Source of the DNA: Gemmatimonadales bacterium
Lineage (GTDB): Bacteria > Gemmatimonadota > Gemmatimonadetes > Palauibacterales > Palauibacteraceae
Assembly (NCBI GenBank): GCA_050114915.1
Contig: JASFRN010000001.1
Span: 5,020-69,019, forward strand
DNA: 64,000 nucleotides
Direction of reading: 5' to 3'
The notes under the pieces are model-generated. The model was given only the letters and a program-made list of their open reading frames with translations. It searched no databases and was not told the origin of the DNA. Made by a program: the position numbers and the translations under genes. Below, in pieces: positions 49,959 through 58,796 of this stretch; within the stretch, counting starts at the first letter, position 1; the number at the start of each line of letters is the position of its first letter.

Positions 49959-51227
49959 TTACTCGTCCGCCAGCGACCGGCGCAGCCGGCGTGCCAGCTC
50001 GCTCGTGTCGATCGTCTCGATGTCCGCGTTGCGAACGACCATGCCGAGGGCCCAGATCGCCTGGTCGCGCACGTCGTCGTCCTCGTCTTCCAGCGCGTCG
50101 GAGAGTGGACCCGCGGCGCGCGGGTCTTCGATCATCCCGAGCGCCCAGGCGGCCTGCTCCCGCACCTTTGCGCTCACGTCACGGCCGAGGGCGCGCACCA
50201 GCCCGTCGAGCGCCGCCGCGTCCTCGATCATCCCGAGCCCCCAGGCCGCCTGCTCGCGCACCTCGGCTTCCGGGTCATCGAGCAGGCGGACCAGCGGTTC
50301 GACGGCCTCGCCGCTCTCGATCATCCCGAGGCCCCAGGCCGCCTGTTCGCGCACCTTCGCGTCCGCGTCCCGGGTGAGCCGCGTGAGTGGATCGACACCT
50401 GCGGGGCTCTCGATCATCCCGAGCGCCCACGCGGCCTGCTCCCGCACCTTCGGTGAGGCATCGTCCGTGGCGCGGGCGAGCCACGGCACGGCCCGCGGAT
50501 CTTCGATCATCCCGAGCGCCCACGCCGCTTCCGCCCGCACGGCCGGACTCGTATCCCCGATCAGGGAGCCGAGGGGGTCGACCCCCTCGGCGCTCTCGAT
50601 CATTCCGAGTGCCCATGCGACCTGCTGGCGTACGTCGTCGCTCTCGTCCGAACGGGCCCGGGCGAGGGCCTCCACCGCCCGACTGTCTTCGATCATTCCC
50701 AGCGCCCACGCGGAGCGCTCCCGCACCCGGGCCTCGCCGTCCGAGCCGAGGCGACGCTCGAGGGCCGGCAGCGCCCGGGCGTCTTCCAGCAGGCCGAGTG
50801 CCAGCGCAGCATTGGCGCGTGCCGGTGCCGATCCGCCGTCGAGCACCCGGACGAGGGGGTCGAGCGCCGCCGAGCCGACCTCTTCGAGAGCGATTGCGGC
50901 TTCGCGTCCGGGCGAGCTGTCCTCGTGCCACCCCCGCCGCCAGCCGTAACCGTCGCGGCACAGGCGGCCCTCGACGGTGGAGTCGTCGGCGAGGAGATCC
51001 AGCAGTCGCGGCATCGCCCGGCGCACCGCCGTGGCCCCTAGCTCGCCGAGCTCGCAGGCGGCCATCGCCCGCGCGTGGGCGTCTGCCGCGTCGAGCCCCC
51101 GCAGCAGCTCGTCGACCTCCTGGGCGCCGGCCGGTGCCGCGCACCCGAGTGCCAGGAGGGAGGTAGCGGCGAGCAGGGTGGTCCGGATCAGGTGCGGCCG
51201 CTTCGTCTCGTATGATCGATCGCTCAT
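49959..51227 (-). CDS. secreted HEAT/PBS-lyase repeat protein
   Basis: Signal peptide, then at least nine ~31-aa repeats of the VREQAAWALGMIEDPRAV type. Confidence 0.65.
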   Translation of the reverse strand: MSDRSYETKRPHLIRTTLLAATSLLALGCAAPAGAQEVDELLRGLDAADAHARAMAACELGELGATAVRRAMPRLLDLLADDSTVEGRLCRDGYGWRRGWHEDSSPGREAAIALEEVGSAALDPLVRVLDGGSAPARANAALALGLLEDARALPALERRLGSDGEARVRERSAWALGMIEDSRAVEALARARSDESDDVRQQVAWALGMIESAEGVDPLGSLIGDTSPAVRAEAAWALGMIEDPRAVPWLARATDDASPKVREQAAWALGMIESPAGVDPLTRLTRDADAKVREQAAWGLGMIESGEAVEPLVRLLDDPEAEVREQAAWGLGMIEDAAALDGLVRALGRDVSAKVREQAAWALGMIEDPRAAGPLSDALEDEDDDVRDQAIWALGMVVRNADIETIDTSELARRLRRSLADE

Positions 51228-51310
51228 CGGATCCTCGCTGGTGGTAAAATTTTAGCAGTACGTGGTCCGAAAAAGCCCGCCGGAGCGGGCCTTTCCGGGA
51301 CCGCGGCTGT

Positions 51311-53284
51311 TCAGCCCATGACCTGTCCGAGCGCCCACAGGGCCTGCTTCCGGACATCCGGATCCGGGTCTTCGAGCGCATCGACGATCGTGTCGACGGC
51401 CTCCCGGTCCTCGATCATTCCGAGCGCCCAGACGATCTGCGACCGCACGTCAGATTCGGCCTCCGAGGCGAACGCCGACGACAGGCCCGTCACGGCTTCG
51501 GGGGATTCGATCATCCCGAGGCCCCATGCCGCCTGGCTCCTTACCTCCGCATTCGCATCGCCCAGCAGGCCGAGCAGCGGATCGACGCCGTCGACGCTTT
51601 CGATCATCCCGAGTGCCCAGGCGACTTGCGCCCGAACGGCGTCCGACGGATCACCGGCCGCCTCGGTGAGCGCGGCCACGGCGCGGTCGGATTCGATCAT
51701 CCCGAGCGCCCAAGCCGCCTTCTCACGGACCATGGCGCTCTCGTCGTCCGCGACGACCCCGACGAGCAGATCGACGCCGCGTGGGCTCTCGATCGAGCCG
51801 AGCGTCTGGGCCACCTCTGCGCGCACCTCCGGATCGTCGGACGCCAGCGCCCGGGCGAGCGCATCGTAGACGCGCTGCTCGATGGTGTCGCCCTTCGCCG
51901 CCGTCGCGAGCTCGAGTCCGGCGAGCGCGGTGCTCAGATCGGAGCCCCGGGGTGCAGTCTCGGGCGCCGCCGCCTCCGACTCGTCGGTAGCGGCGGGCGT
52001 CGCTTCTGCCTCTGCCTCCACATTCCGATCGAGTGCCGGGACCGGCGTCTGCCGCTCGAGGGAACGCTCGGCAACCGGCGCCGGCCCTCCCTGGTCGGCC
52101 GGGTCGGCCGAGGCGCTGGCGGTGGCCGGTCGTATGGCCGCTACCGGCAGGAGCAGGGCGGCCGCGCCGACGAAGGCCAGGCGCGACGTGCGCCGGCCGA
52201 GAACCCGACGGCTCCTCCGCTCGTCGAGAATCGCGACCACGCGGTTCTCGAGCTCCGACGGCCGGGCCATCGCGACGGCTGCGCGCGCCGGCTGTCCCGG
52301 TCGCGAGAGTCCACGCGCGATCTCGACCAGGTGATGGGCGTACGAAGGACCGCGCACGCCGGCCGTGAGCACCGCGTCGTCGCAGGCCTGCTCCCGCTCG
52401 GCCGTGATCCGCCGGGCGGCGAACCAGGCGAGGGGATTCGGCCAGTGGACCGCGAGGGCCAGGCGGGCGATCGCCTGGGCCAGGCAATCCCGGCGGCGCA
52501 GGTGCGCGAGCTCGTGGAGGACCACCACCCGGCGGCGCTCCACCGGCCAGGTCTCGAAGTCTTCGGGAAGCACCAGCCAGCGGCCGAGGATTCCCCACGC
52601 CATCGGTACGTTCACTTCGGGGCTGGACACGACGCGGACGCCGCGTCCCAGGCCGGCCTTCAGCGACAGCAGGGAGACGAGGACGTTCCACTGGCGGTCC
52701 GTCACCGGCCGGGCCCTGCGTACGAGCAGCGCCGCCCGGCCGACGTCGACCACGAGGCGCAGGGCGAATGCGAAGAATCCGGCCCCCCAGGCGAGCAGCA
52801 GGAGGGCGGGCCAGGTCAGGCCGGCCTCGCCGGCCGCATTCCCGGGCCGGTGGACACTCTCGACGCGCGAGTCCCGGACGGCGTCCCCGGTCACGGCGGC
52901 AGCGTGCGCTCCGGCGGTCTCGAAGTCGGCGCGGCCGTCGGCCTTCGACATGGTCGGCCCGGTCGGGTCGAACGCCGCCCGTTCCGCCGATGCCGCGATC
53001 GACGCGGGCCCCGTCGCCGGCCAGGCGGCCGTCACCACCTCGGGCAGCGGGACCCTCCAGCCGGGCAGGGCACCGGTGAGGAGCGGCAGGATCAGCAGCC
53101 CCGTCATCGCCAGCATCCAGACGTGATGGCGCAACGAAGCCGGTGCGCGGCGCAGCAGCAGCGTGGCGGCCGTGGCCAGGGCCAGCAGGGCGGCGCCCCG
53201 GAGCAACATCTCTCCGGCGAAGCCGGCCGCCGGCGCGGCGGAGTGTGCGGACAGAGCTTCGAGCAAGGCGTGCATCATCGTCAT
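51311..53284 (-). CDS. BlaR1/MecR1-type M56 peptidase sensor fused to C-terminal HEAT repeats
   Basis: N-terminal TM segments and the M56 zinc motif VVLHELAHLRRRD. The C-terminal ~200 aa carry the same AWALGMIES HEAT repeats as the downstream gene. There is no PBP/beta-lactam sensor domain. Confidence 0.7.
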   Translation of the reverse strand: MTMMHALLEALSAHSAAPAAGFAGEMLLRGAALLALATAATLLLRRAPASLRHHVWMLAMTGLLILPLLTGALPGWRVPLPEVVTAAWPATGPASIAASAERAAFDPTGPTMSKADGRADFETAGAHAAAVTGDAVRDSRVESVHRPGNAAGEAGLTWPALLLLAWGAGFFAFALRLVVDVGRAALLVRRARPVTDRQWNVLVSLLSLKAGLGRGVRVVSSPEVNVPMAWGILGRWLVLPEDFETWPVERRRVVVLHELAHLRRRDCLAQAIARLALAVHWPNPLAWFAARRITAEREQACDDAVLTAGVRGPSYAHHLVEIARGLSRPGQPARAAVAMARPSELENRVVAILDERRSRRVLGRRTSRLAFVGAAALLLPVAAIRPATASASADPADQGGPAPVAERSLERQTPVPALDRNVEAEAEATPAATDESEAAAPETAPRGSDLSTALAGLELATAAKGDTIEQRVYDALARALASDDPEVRAEVAQTLGSIESPRGVDLLVGVVADDESAMVREKAAWALGMIESDRAVAALTEAAGDPSDAVRAQVAWALGMIESVDGVDPLLGLLGDANAEVRSQAAWGLGMIESPEAVTGLSSAFASEAESDVRSQIVWALGMIEDREAVDTIVDALEDPDPDVRKQALWALGQVMG

Positions 53285-53288
53285 CCCC

Positions 53289-53678
53289 TCATCCCTCCTT
53301 GCGGCGCGCGCGCCGTATCAGGTCGGAGAGCCGGTCCAGCTCGGCGTCCGACAACTCCGCGGCGCCCTCGTCCAGGAGCGACGCCATCATCTTCGCGGGA
53401 GAGCCGTCGAAGAACGTCTCGGCGACGTGTGCGAGGGCGGACTGCTTGGCGCGGTCGACGGGCATGTTCGGCTCGTACACGTACCGCGGACCCTCTTCGG
53501 TGTGGTGGATGTGGCCCTTCTCCTCGAGGATGCGCAGCTGGGCGCGTACCGCGGAGTAGCTGGGCGGGTTCGGCAGGTTCTTCTGCACGTCGGCCACGCT
53601 GGCCCGCTCGAGACGGAAGAGCACGTCCATGATCTGTCGTTCCCGCCGGCTCAAGCGATGCTGCAGGCGCTCCACCAT
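53289..53678 (-). CDS. BlaI/MecI/CopY family transcriptional repressor
   Basis: LSRRERQIMDVLFRLERASVADVQKNL...YSAVRAQLRILEEKGHI is a winged helix of the BlaI family. It sits 4 nt upstream of the M56 gene. Confidence 0.75.
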   Translation of the reverse strand: MVERLQHRLSRRERQIMDVLFRLERASVADVQKNLPNPPSYSAVRAQLRILEEKGHIHHTEEGPRYVYEPNMPVDRAKQSALAHVAETFFDGSPAKMMASLLDEGAAELSDAELDRLSDLIRRARRKEG

Positions 53679-53700
53679 GTATCCTCCGATGCTAAATTGC

Positions 53701-53715
53701 TAGCACTAAGTGCTA
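53701..53715. promoter_or_regulatory. perfect 7-1-7 palindrome TAGCACTAAGTGCTA, candidate BlaI-family operator
   Basis: Located 23 nt upstream of the blaI-like start, in a low-GC patch (GCTAAATTGCTAGCACTAAGTGCTAAGTATTTAACA). Confidence 0.4.
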
Positions 53716-53742
53716 AGTATTTAACATCTGGCGCGCGGGGTG

Positions 53743-54039
53743 TCAACTCCCGTCGTCGGGCGTCGCTTCCCGAGAGTCTTCCCACGCCCCCGCCGCCCAC
53801 TGGCCGGCGGCCGCGGCGCCCGCCACGACGCGATCGCCCGTCCACGAAAGCCAATCGCCGACGACCGTTCGGTCGAGGAAGCCGGCCCATACGGCCGCGA
53901 TCACGAGGCCGGCGATCACCAGGGCGGGTTTGAGGATGATCCGCAACGTCTCCCTGACGAGCAGCCAGGCGAGCATTCCCAGGACGCCGAAGAAGACCAG
54001 GGCGCCCACGAGGGACGATGGCACCGGCAGCGCCTCCAT
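53743..54039 (-). CDS. hypothetical small membrane protein
   Basis: Two to three hydrophobic helices (LVGALVFFGVLGMLAWLLV; ALVIAGLVIAAVWAGFL). Confidence 0.4.
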   Translation of the reverse strand: MEALPVPSSLVGALVFFGVLGMLAWLLVRETLRIILKPALVIAGLVIAAVWAGFLDRTVVGDWLSWTGDRVVAGAAAAGQWAAGAWEDSREATPDDGS

Positions 54040-54238
54040 CAGATCGGATCCCCGGATGTCGCCGTCATCTGCGCCTCGCGCCGAAAGTGGTCGTGTCGCG
54101 CCGCGCTCGAAGACCGACGCGGCCGCCGTCCAACTTGCCGTCGGAGGCGTCCGGCCACCAGCCGACCCGATCGAGTGTCAGAGGGTGGCCCCATGATGTG
54201 TCCGTGGAAACGCCCCAGTGGAGGAGAGGAACGCGAAG

Positions 54239-54991
54239 ATGAACATGCTGGCATTCGATATCGAGGCGACGGGCCTGGATCCGTACGAAGACCGGATCCT
54301 CGAACTGGCCGTGATCCGGGTCGAGGACGACGCGCTCGTCTTCCACGCCTTCTTCGATCCGGAGTGCGCAATTCCCGAGGAAGCTACCTCCGTGCACGGG
54401 ATCACCGACGCCGAGGTGGCGGGTTGTCCGACCTTCCGTTCGTACGCGGAGGCGATCCAGCGGCTGGTCGACGGAGCCGTGCTGGTGGGGTTCGTCTCGC
54501 GCCGTTACGACACCCTGCTTCTCGACGCGGAGCTGCGGCGGGCCGGGTGCGGGGGGCTCGATCTCGGAACGGTCCGGGAGATCGACCTGCATCGGGTCTG
54601 GCGGGAAGCGGAGCCGCGCGACCTGGGCACGGCCGTGAAACGCTTCCTCGACCGGGACCACGAGATGGCCCACAAGGCCGTGCCCGATACTCGCGTCCTC
54701 CCGCCGTTGTTGCGCGAAATGGCGAAGGTGTTCGGGTACACCGCCGACGACATGATTCGGCTGAGCCGCCCGGCCTGGGAGGTCGATCGCTCCGGGAAGT
54801 TCCGCCTCGACGAGGAAACCGGAGAGGTCGTGTTCAACTTCGGCCGGCACCGGAGGCAACCCGTGCGGCTGAACGACGAGTACCTCGAGTGGATGCTGGG
54901 GGCGACGTTCCCCCCGGACACGAAGGCGGCGATCAGGGTGCTCCGGCGGAACGGATTCCGCTGGCCACCGGCGGGCGCGGCAGCCGCCTGA
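54239..54991 (+). CDS. DnaQ-like 3'-5' exonuclease (DEDDh) domain protein
   Basis: GGAGGAGAGG lies 8 nt before the ATG at 54239. LAFDIEATGLDP exo I motif, then HGITDAEV, then an H-x4-D region. Confidence 0.65.
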   Translation: MNMLAFDIEATGLDPYEDRILELAVIRVEDDALVFHAFFDPECAIPEEATSVHGITDAEVAGCPTFRSYAEAIQRLVDGAVLVGFVSRRYDTLLLDAELRRAGCGGLDLGTVREIDLHRVWREAEPRDLGTAVKRFLDRDHEMAHKAVPDTRVLPPLLREMAKVFGYTADDMIRLSRPAWEVDRSGKFRLDEETGEVVFNFGRHRRQPVRLNDEYLEWMLGATFPPDTKAAIRVLRRNGFRWPPAGAAAA

Positions 54992-55006
54992 GAAAGCCCG
55001 GTTCGG

Positions 55007-56308
55007 TCAGGGAGCGGCTTCGGGGATCGTCGGCGGTACCGGCAGGGCGTCGAGACTGATCCGTTCACCGAGCAGGACCACGCTCGACCCGTCGGCGAGG
55101 GCGGCGGGCTGGCGAAAGGTGAAGCGGCCGTCGGCTTCGTGGCGGAATGCTCCCGTGAAGACCGTCGGCGTTGCGTCGGTGGACCCGTCCGCCGCGAGCG
55201 CGTCGGGTTCGGGCGGCCGTAATCCGGCGAGCACCTCGATACCCGGGAAGCAGGCGGCGACGAACGAGGTCTCGAGCTCCGCGCGCCAGCCGCGCGGCGC
55301 GTCGCCGGGCGTGAACTCGACGGCCGCCACCCGCAATCCGAGGGCGCGCACGCAGCCCGAGGGCGGCGGGGCTCCCGGATCCGCCGCCGGCAGGTCTTCG
55401 GGCCGGTCGGCGAGAGCCACCGCCGCGGCATACGTGTCGGAGGGCCGGGGAGCGGCGGGCAGGGGACCGGCCGCGGCTTCCTGGTCGTCGAGCGGTTCGG
55501 TGCCGACGTATCCGGTCCGCAGGAGGAAGGTCGCGAGGGTGTCGGCATCGCGTTCGACCCGCATCCGATACGTCCCCTCGAACGGCAGCGGCGTGCTCCG
55601 GACGCGGGCGAGCTCGGCCATGCGGAACGCGGCCCGGATCAACGTGCCGGCCGGGTACGCCTCGGCCCGGTCACCGGCGGCGCGGCGCCACTCGACCAGG
55701 TCGCTGACCGCGCCGTAAGGGCGTGCGGCGATGGCGGCCTCGGTGGGCAGCCGGTCGTAGAGTTCGAACACCTCGTCGGCGCCGAGCAGGGGCCGGCCGG
55801 CGGCCATGGGATGTTCCCACGGGCTGGCCGGGAATCCCTCCCACACGGCGGCCAGAACGTCCAGGGTCGGTCGGCCGTCGATCCACTCCGACCGTGGGCG
55901 CAAGCGCGCCCGGAAGAACCCCTCGTGGCCGACCGTGGCCCAGCGCCACGGACCGCTCCACTCGATCGGCCGGCAATCGTCGTCGAATCCCCACGGAACG
56001 AGGATCACGCCGCCGTCCCGGGCCGCGGCGGAGACGGCCTCCGCTTCGTCGCCGCCGACCCGGGCCACGTCGGCGAGCTGGCCGAAGGCGTCACCGTCTC
56101 CGCGGGTGTCGGGCACCGTGTCGCCGCGCGGCGTGGCGAGCAGATAGGTGACGTCGGGCATCCGCATGCCGCCGAAGGGTTCCCTGCAGCTCGGGCGGTG
56201 GATCCGATCCGCGGACCGCGCGGGGGCCGCGGACGGAGCGGCGATCGCCGTGCCCACGATGAGCGCCAGCGCGGCGGCGAGCCCGGCCCGGCCGGAAGAC
56301 GTCGGCAA
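55007..56308 (-). CDS. hypothetical secreted protein
   Basis: TTG at 56308, 2 nt after the mscS stop, with GGAGG upstream. It opens a clear signal peptide (M)PTSSGRAGLAAALALIVGTAIAAPSAAPA. The upstream 270 codons of the 700-aa track ORF are antisense to mscS. Confidence 0.45.
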   Translation of the reverse strand: MPTSSGRAGLAAALALIVGTAIAAPSAAPARSADRIHRPSCREPFGGMRMPDVTYLLATPRGDTVPDTRGDGDAFGQLADVARVGGDEAEAVSAAARDGGVILVPWGFDDDCRPIEWSGPWRWATVGHEGFFRARLRPRSEWIDGRPTLDVLAAVWEGFPASPWEHPMAAGRPLLGADEVFELYDRLPTEAAIAARPYGAVSDLVEWRRAAGDRAEAYPAGTLIRAAFRMAELARVRSTPLPFEGTYRMRVERDADTLATFLLRTGYVGTEPLDDQEAAAGPLPAAPRPSDTYAAAVALADRPEDLPAADPGAPPPSGCVRALGLRVAAVEFTPGDAPRGWRAELETSFVAACFPGIEVLAGLRPPEPDALAADGSTDATPTVFTGAFRHEADGRFTFRQPAALADGSSVVLLGERISLDALPVPPTIPEAAP

Positions 56309-56310
56309 GC

Positions 56311-57240
56311 TCAGGCGCCTCCGTCCGCAGGAGCGACCGTCCCGTGCAGGTGGACGTCGCGCTGCGGGAACGGAATCGAAACGCCCTCCTGGTCGAACGT
56401 GAGCTTTACCTGGCGCGTAACGTCCCATCGCACTTCCCAGTAATCCGCGGTCGCGCACCAGGGTCGTACGATGAAGTCCACCGAGGAGTCGCCGAGATTC
56501 GACAGCTTCACCACCGGCGCCGGCTCCTCCAGCACCTTCGGGTGCTCGGCCAGAATCTCGTCGAGCAGACGCTCGGCCAGGGGAATGTCGTCCTCGTACC
56601 CGATGCCGAACACCATGTCGACCCGGCGCACGGACTCGGCCGTGATGTTCTTGATCACGTCTCCCCAGATCTTCCCGTTGGGCACGATTACCCGCTGGTT
56701 GTCGAAGGTCAGGATCGTCGTCGATACGAGGCTCATCCCGTCCACCTTGCCGGTCACGCCTGCGACCTCGACCGCGTCGCCGACGTCGTAGGGCGCGTAC
56801 AGGAGAATCATCGCGCCGGCTGCGAAGTTCGCGAGGCTGTCCTGCAGCGCGAAGCCCATGACGAAGCCCGCGATCCCCAGGCCGGCGAGCACCGGTCCCA
56901 GGTGGATGCCGACGAAGGAGAGCGCGAGGATGAGCCCGAGCAGCAGCACGAGCTTGCCCGTCAGCGATACGAGGGTCTGCTCGAGGAGGTGAGAGCCCTG
57001 CACCCGATCGGATCCGAAGGCGCGCCGCACGATCCGCTTGGCCACCCGGCCGAGGATCCAGAACACGAAGAGCGTGCCGAGGAATATGGCGGCCCTGGAT
57101 ACGAGCCACGGCCAGTGTTCGGACAGGAAGCCCGGAAAGTCCCTCATCAGCGCGCCGGGCGAGGGCGCCCCGCCGGTGGCGGCGCTGGCGGCGTCGGCCT
57201 GCTGAGCGGCCAGGGCACGGATCAGGACGTTCGGGGCCAT
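56311..57240 (-). CDS. mscS: small-conductance mechanosensitive channel
   Basis: Three TM helices then the MscS beta-domain (VVEVAGVTGKVDGMSLVSTTILTFDNQRVIVPNGKI). Confidence 0.8.
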   Translation of the reverse strand: MAPNVLIRALAAQQADAASAATGGAPSPGALMRDFPGFLSEHWPWLVSRAAIFLGTLFVFWILGRVAKRIVRRAFGSDRVQGSHLLEQTLVSLTGKLVLLLGLILALSFVGIHLGPVLAGLGIAGFVMGFALQDSLANFAAGAMILLYAPYDVGDAVEVAGVTGKVDGMSLVSTTILTFDNQRVIVPNGKIWGDVIKNITAESVRRVDMVFGIGYEDDIPLAERLLDEILAEHPKVLEEPAPVVKLSNLGDSSVDFIVRPWCATADYWEVRWDVTRQVKLTFDQEGVSIPFPQRDVHLHGTVAPADGGA

Positions 57241-57347
57241 CTATGTCCTCCGGGAGTCAAGTTCGTGGGTGAGGGACCCCTCGCGGAGCCCGCACGAACC
57301 TATGCGGAGAGCGGCACGGATCAAAGCCCGCGGAGGGCCGCCCGGCC

Positions 57348-58796
57348 TCAGGAACTCTCGGTCTGGCGCAGGATCCCCGGGACGTCGATGCCGTAGGTGG
57401 CGGGGGGCACGCTCTCCACCACGTCGCGCTCGAACCGACCGTCCGCGAGGCGAGTACGCAGGTCGCAGGTCCGGCCCGGCCCGGCGTCCGGGGCCGAGGG
57501 ATCGACGAGCACGATCGTGGGATGGAGGGCGTCGTCGTCGTGCGTGCGGACGACGACGCCGAGCTCGTCCCGGGTGGTCCTCACCAGCGTGCCGACCGGG
57601 AAGAAGGTCACCACGCTCACGAACGCCTTCACGAGCGCCGGATTCAGCTTCTCGCCGGCCATGCGCGCGAGGATCAGGCACGCCTGATCGGGGGTCGCCG
57701 GATCGCGGTAGGTGCGGGCGCCGGTCACCGATTCGTAGACGTCGACGACGGACACGATCTGACTGATCGCGTGCGGGCGACGGTCGCCGCCGAGGTGCGG
57801 GTACCCGCCTCCGCCGAATTCCACGTGATGCTCGAGTGCCGCCACGGGCGTCAGCGGCGTGAGTCCTTCGAGCTCATTCAGGATCTCCGCGCCGATCAGC
57901 GGATGCCGGCGGATCGTCCTCCACTCGCGTTCGGTCGGGCGCCCGGTCTTCGTGAGGATGTCGACCGGAATCTGGGTCTTGCCGACGTCATGCAGGAGCG
58001 CCGCCTCGGCTAGCACCATCAGCTCCCGCTGGTCCATGCCGAGGCGCTCGCCGAGGCGAACCGCCAGGAGCGCCACGTTCACCGAATGGAGGTAGGAGCG
58101 GTTCTCGTAGTCCTTGAGCGCCATCACCTGGTGCAGCGCCACGCTGCTGCGCGCCACGCGGCCGACGAGCACCTCCAGCATGTCGTGGATGGCGCGCACA
58201 TCCGGCGCGTACCCCTGCTCGAGGGAATCGAACGCGTTCCGCGCGGCGTCGGCCGTGGCGCGGTAGCCCTCGTCGTGCAGGGCATCGGGCGCTTCGGGAG
58301 GACGGGCCCGCACGCGGTGCTTGATCGGAAGCACCCGGCCCAGGCTGACGTGCCGCACGCCCCGGCTCTGCAGCGTCTCGACGACGGGATCGCCGGTGCC
58401 CGGTCCACGGTGCTCGTGGGCGAGATACGAACCGACCACCCGCAGCTCCGCCGGCTCGAGGCCGGCCGCCAGGTGGATGCTGTCGATCCCGATCGCCGTC
58501 ATTTCACGCAGAGCGCGGGCGTGAATCCGGCTCTCCCGCTGAAGTGGTGACCCGTTGCAGTGGAGAATGCCGCGGATGATGTCGAGACGCACGAGGGACT
58601 GGCCTCGCAGCAGCGTCCGTGCGTGCCGCAGGACTTCCTCGACCTGGGTGTCGATGGCCGGATGTCCTTCCGGGTAGAGGACGCAGGCCGAGCGGAGGGC
58701 CGCCATCGTGCGGAGAACGTGACCGGCTTCCGGCCGCTCCTGTCCCTCCTCGTCGCGCCGCGCCGCAGGCATGGCGACCTGGCCGACCTCGTTCAT
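57348..58796 (-). CDS. HD-GYP domain phosphohydrolase (c-di-GMP phosphodiesterase family)
   Basis: HD core (LLHDVGK) and the HHVEFGGGGYP HD-GYP signature. The ATG at 58796 overlaps the upstream stop (ATGA). The N-terminal region is a non-canonical sensory domain. Confidence 0.65.
   Translation of the reverse strand: MNEVGQVAMPAARRDEEGQERPEAGHVLRTMAALRSACVLYPEGHPAIDTQVEEVLRHARTLLRGQSLVRLDIIRGILHCNGSPLQRESRIHARALREMTAIGIDSIHLAAGLEPAELRVVGSYLAHEHRGPGTGDPVVETLQSRGVRHVSLGRVLPIKHRVRARPPEAPDALHDEGYRATADAARNAFDSLEQGYAPDVRAIHDMLEVLVGRVARSSVALHQVMALKDYENRSYLHSVNVALLAVRLGERLGMDQRELMVLAEAALLHDVGKTQIPVDILTKTGRPTEREWRTIRRHPLIGAEILNELEGLTPLTPVAALEHHVEFGGGGYPHLGGDRRPHAISQIVSVVDVYESVTGARTYRDPATPDQACLILARMAGEKLNPALVKAFVSVVTFFPVGTLVRTTRDELGVVVRTHDDDALHPTIVLVDPSAPDAGPGRTCDLRTRLADGRFERDVVESVPPATYGIDVPGILRQTESS

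Noticed and set aside
49959-53284. Highly periodic nucleotide repeats (~93 bp units) that could suggest a CRISPR array or mobile-element repeats
   Set aside because: The repeats are in frame and encode HEAT/PBS-lyase units (AWALGMIE...VRxQA). There are no unique spacers of CRISPR type and no flanking cas genes.
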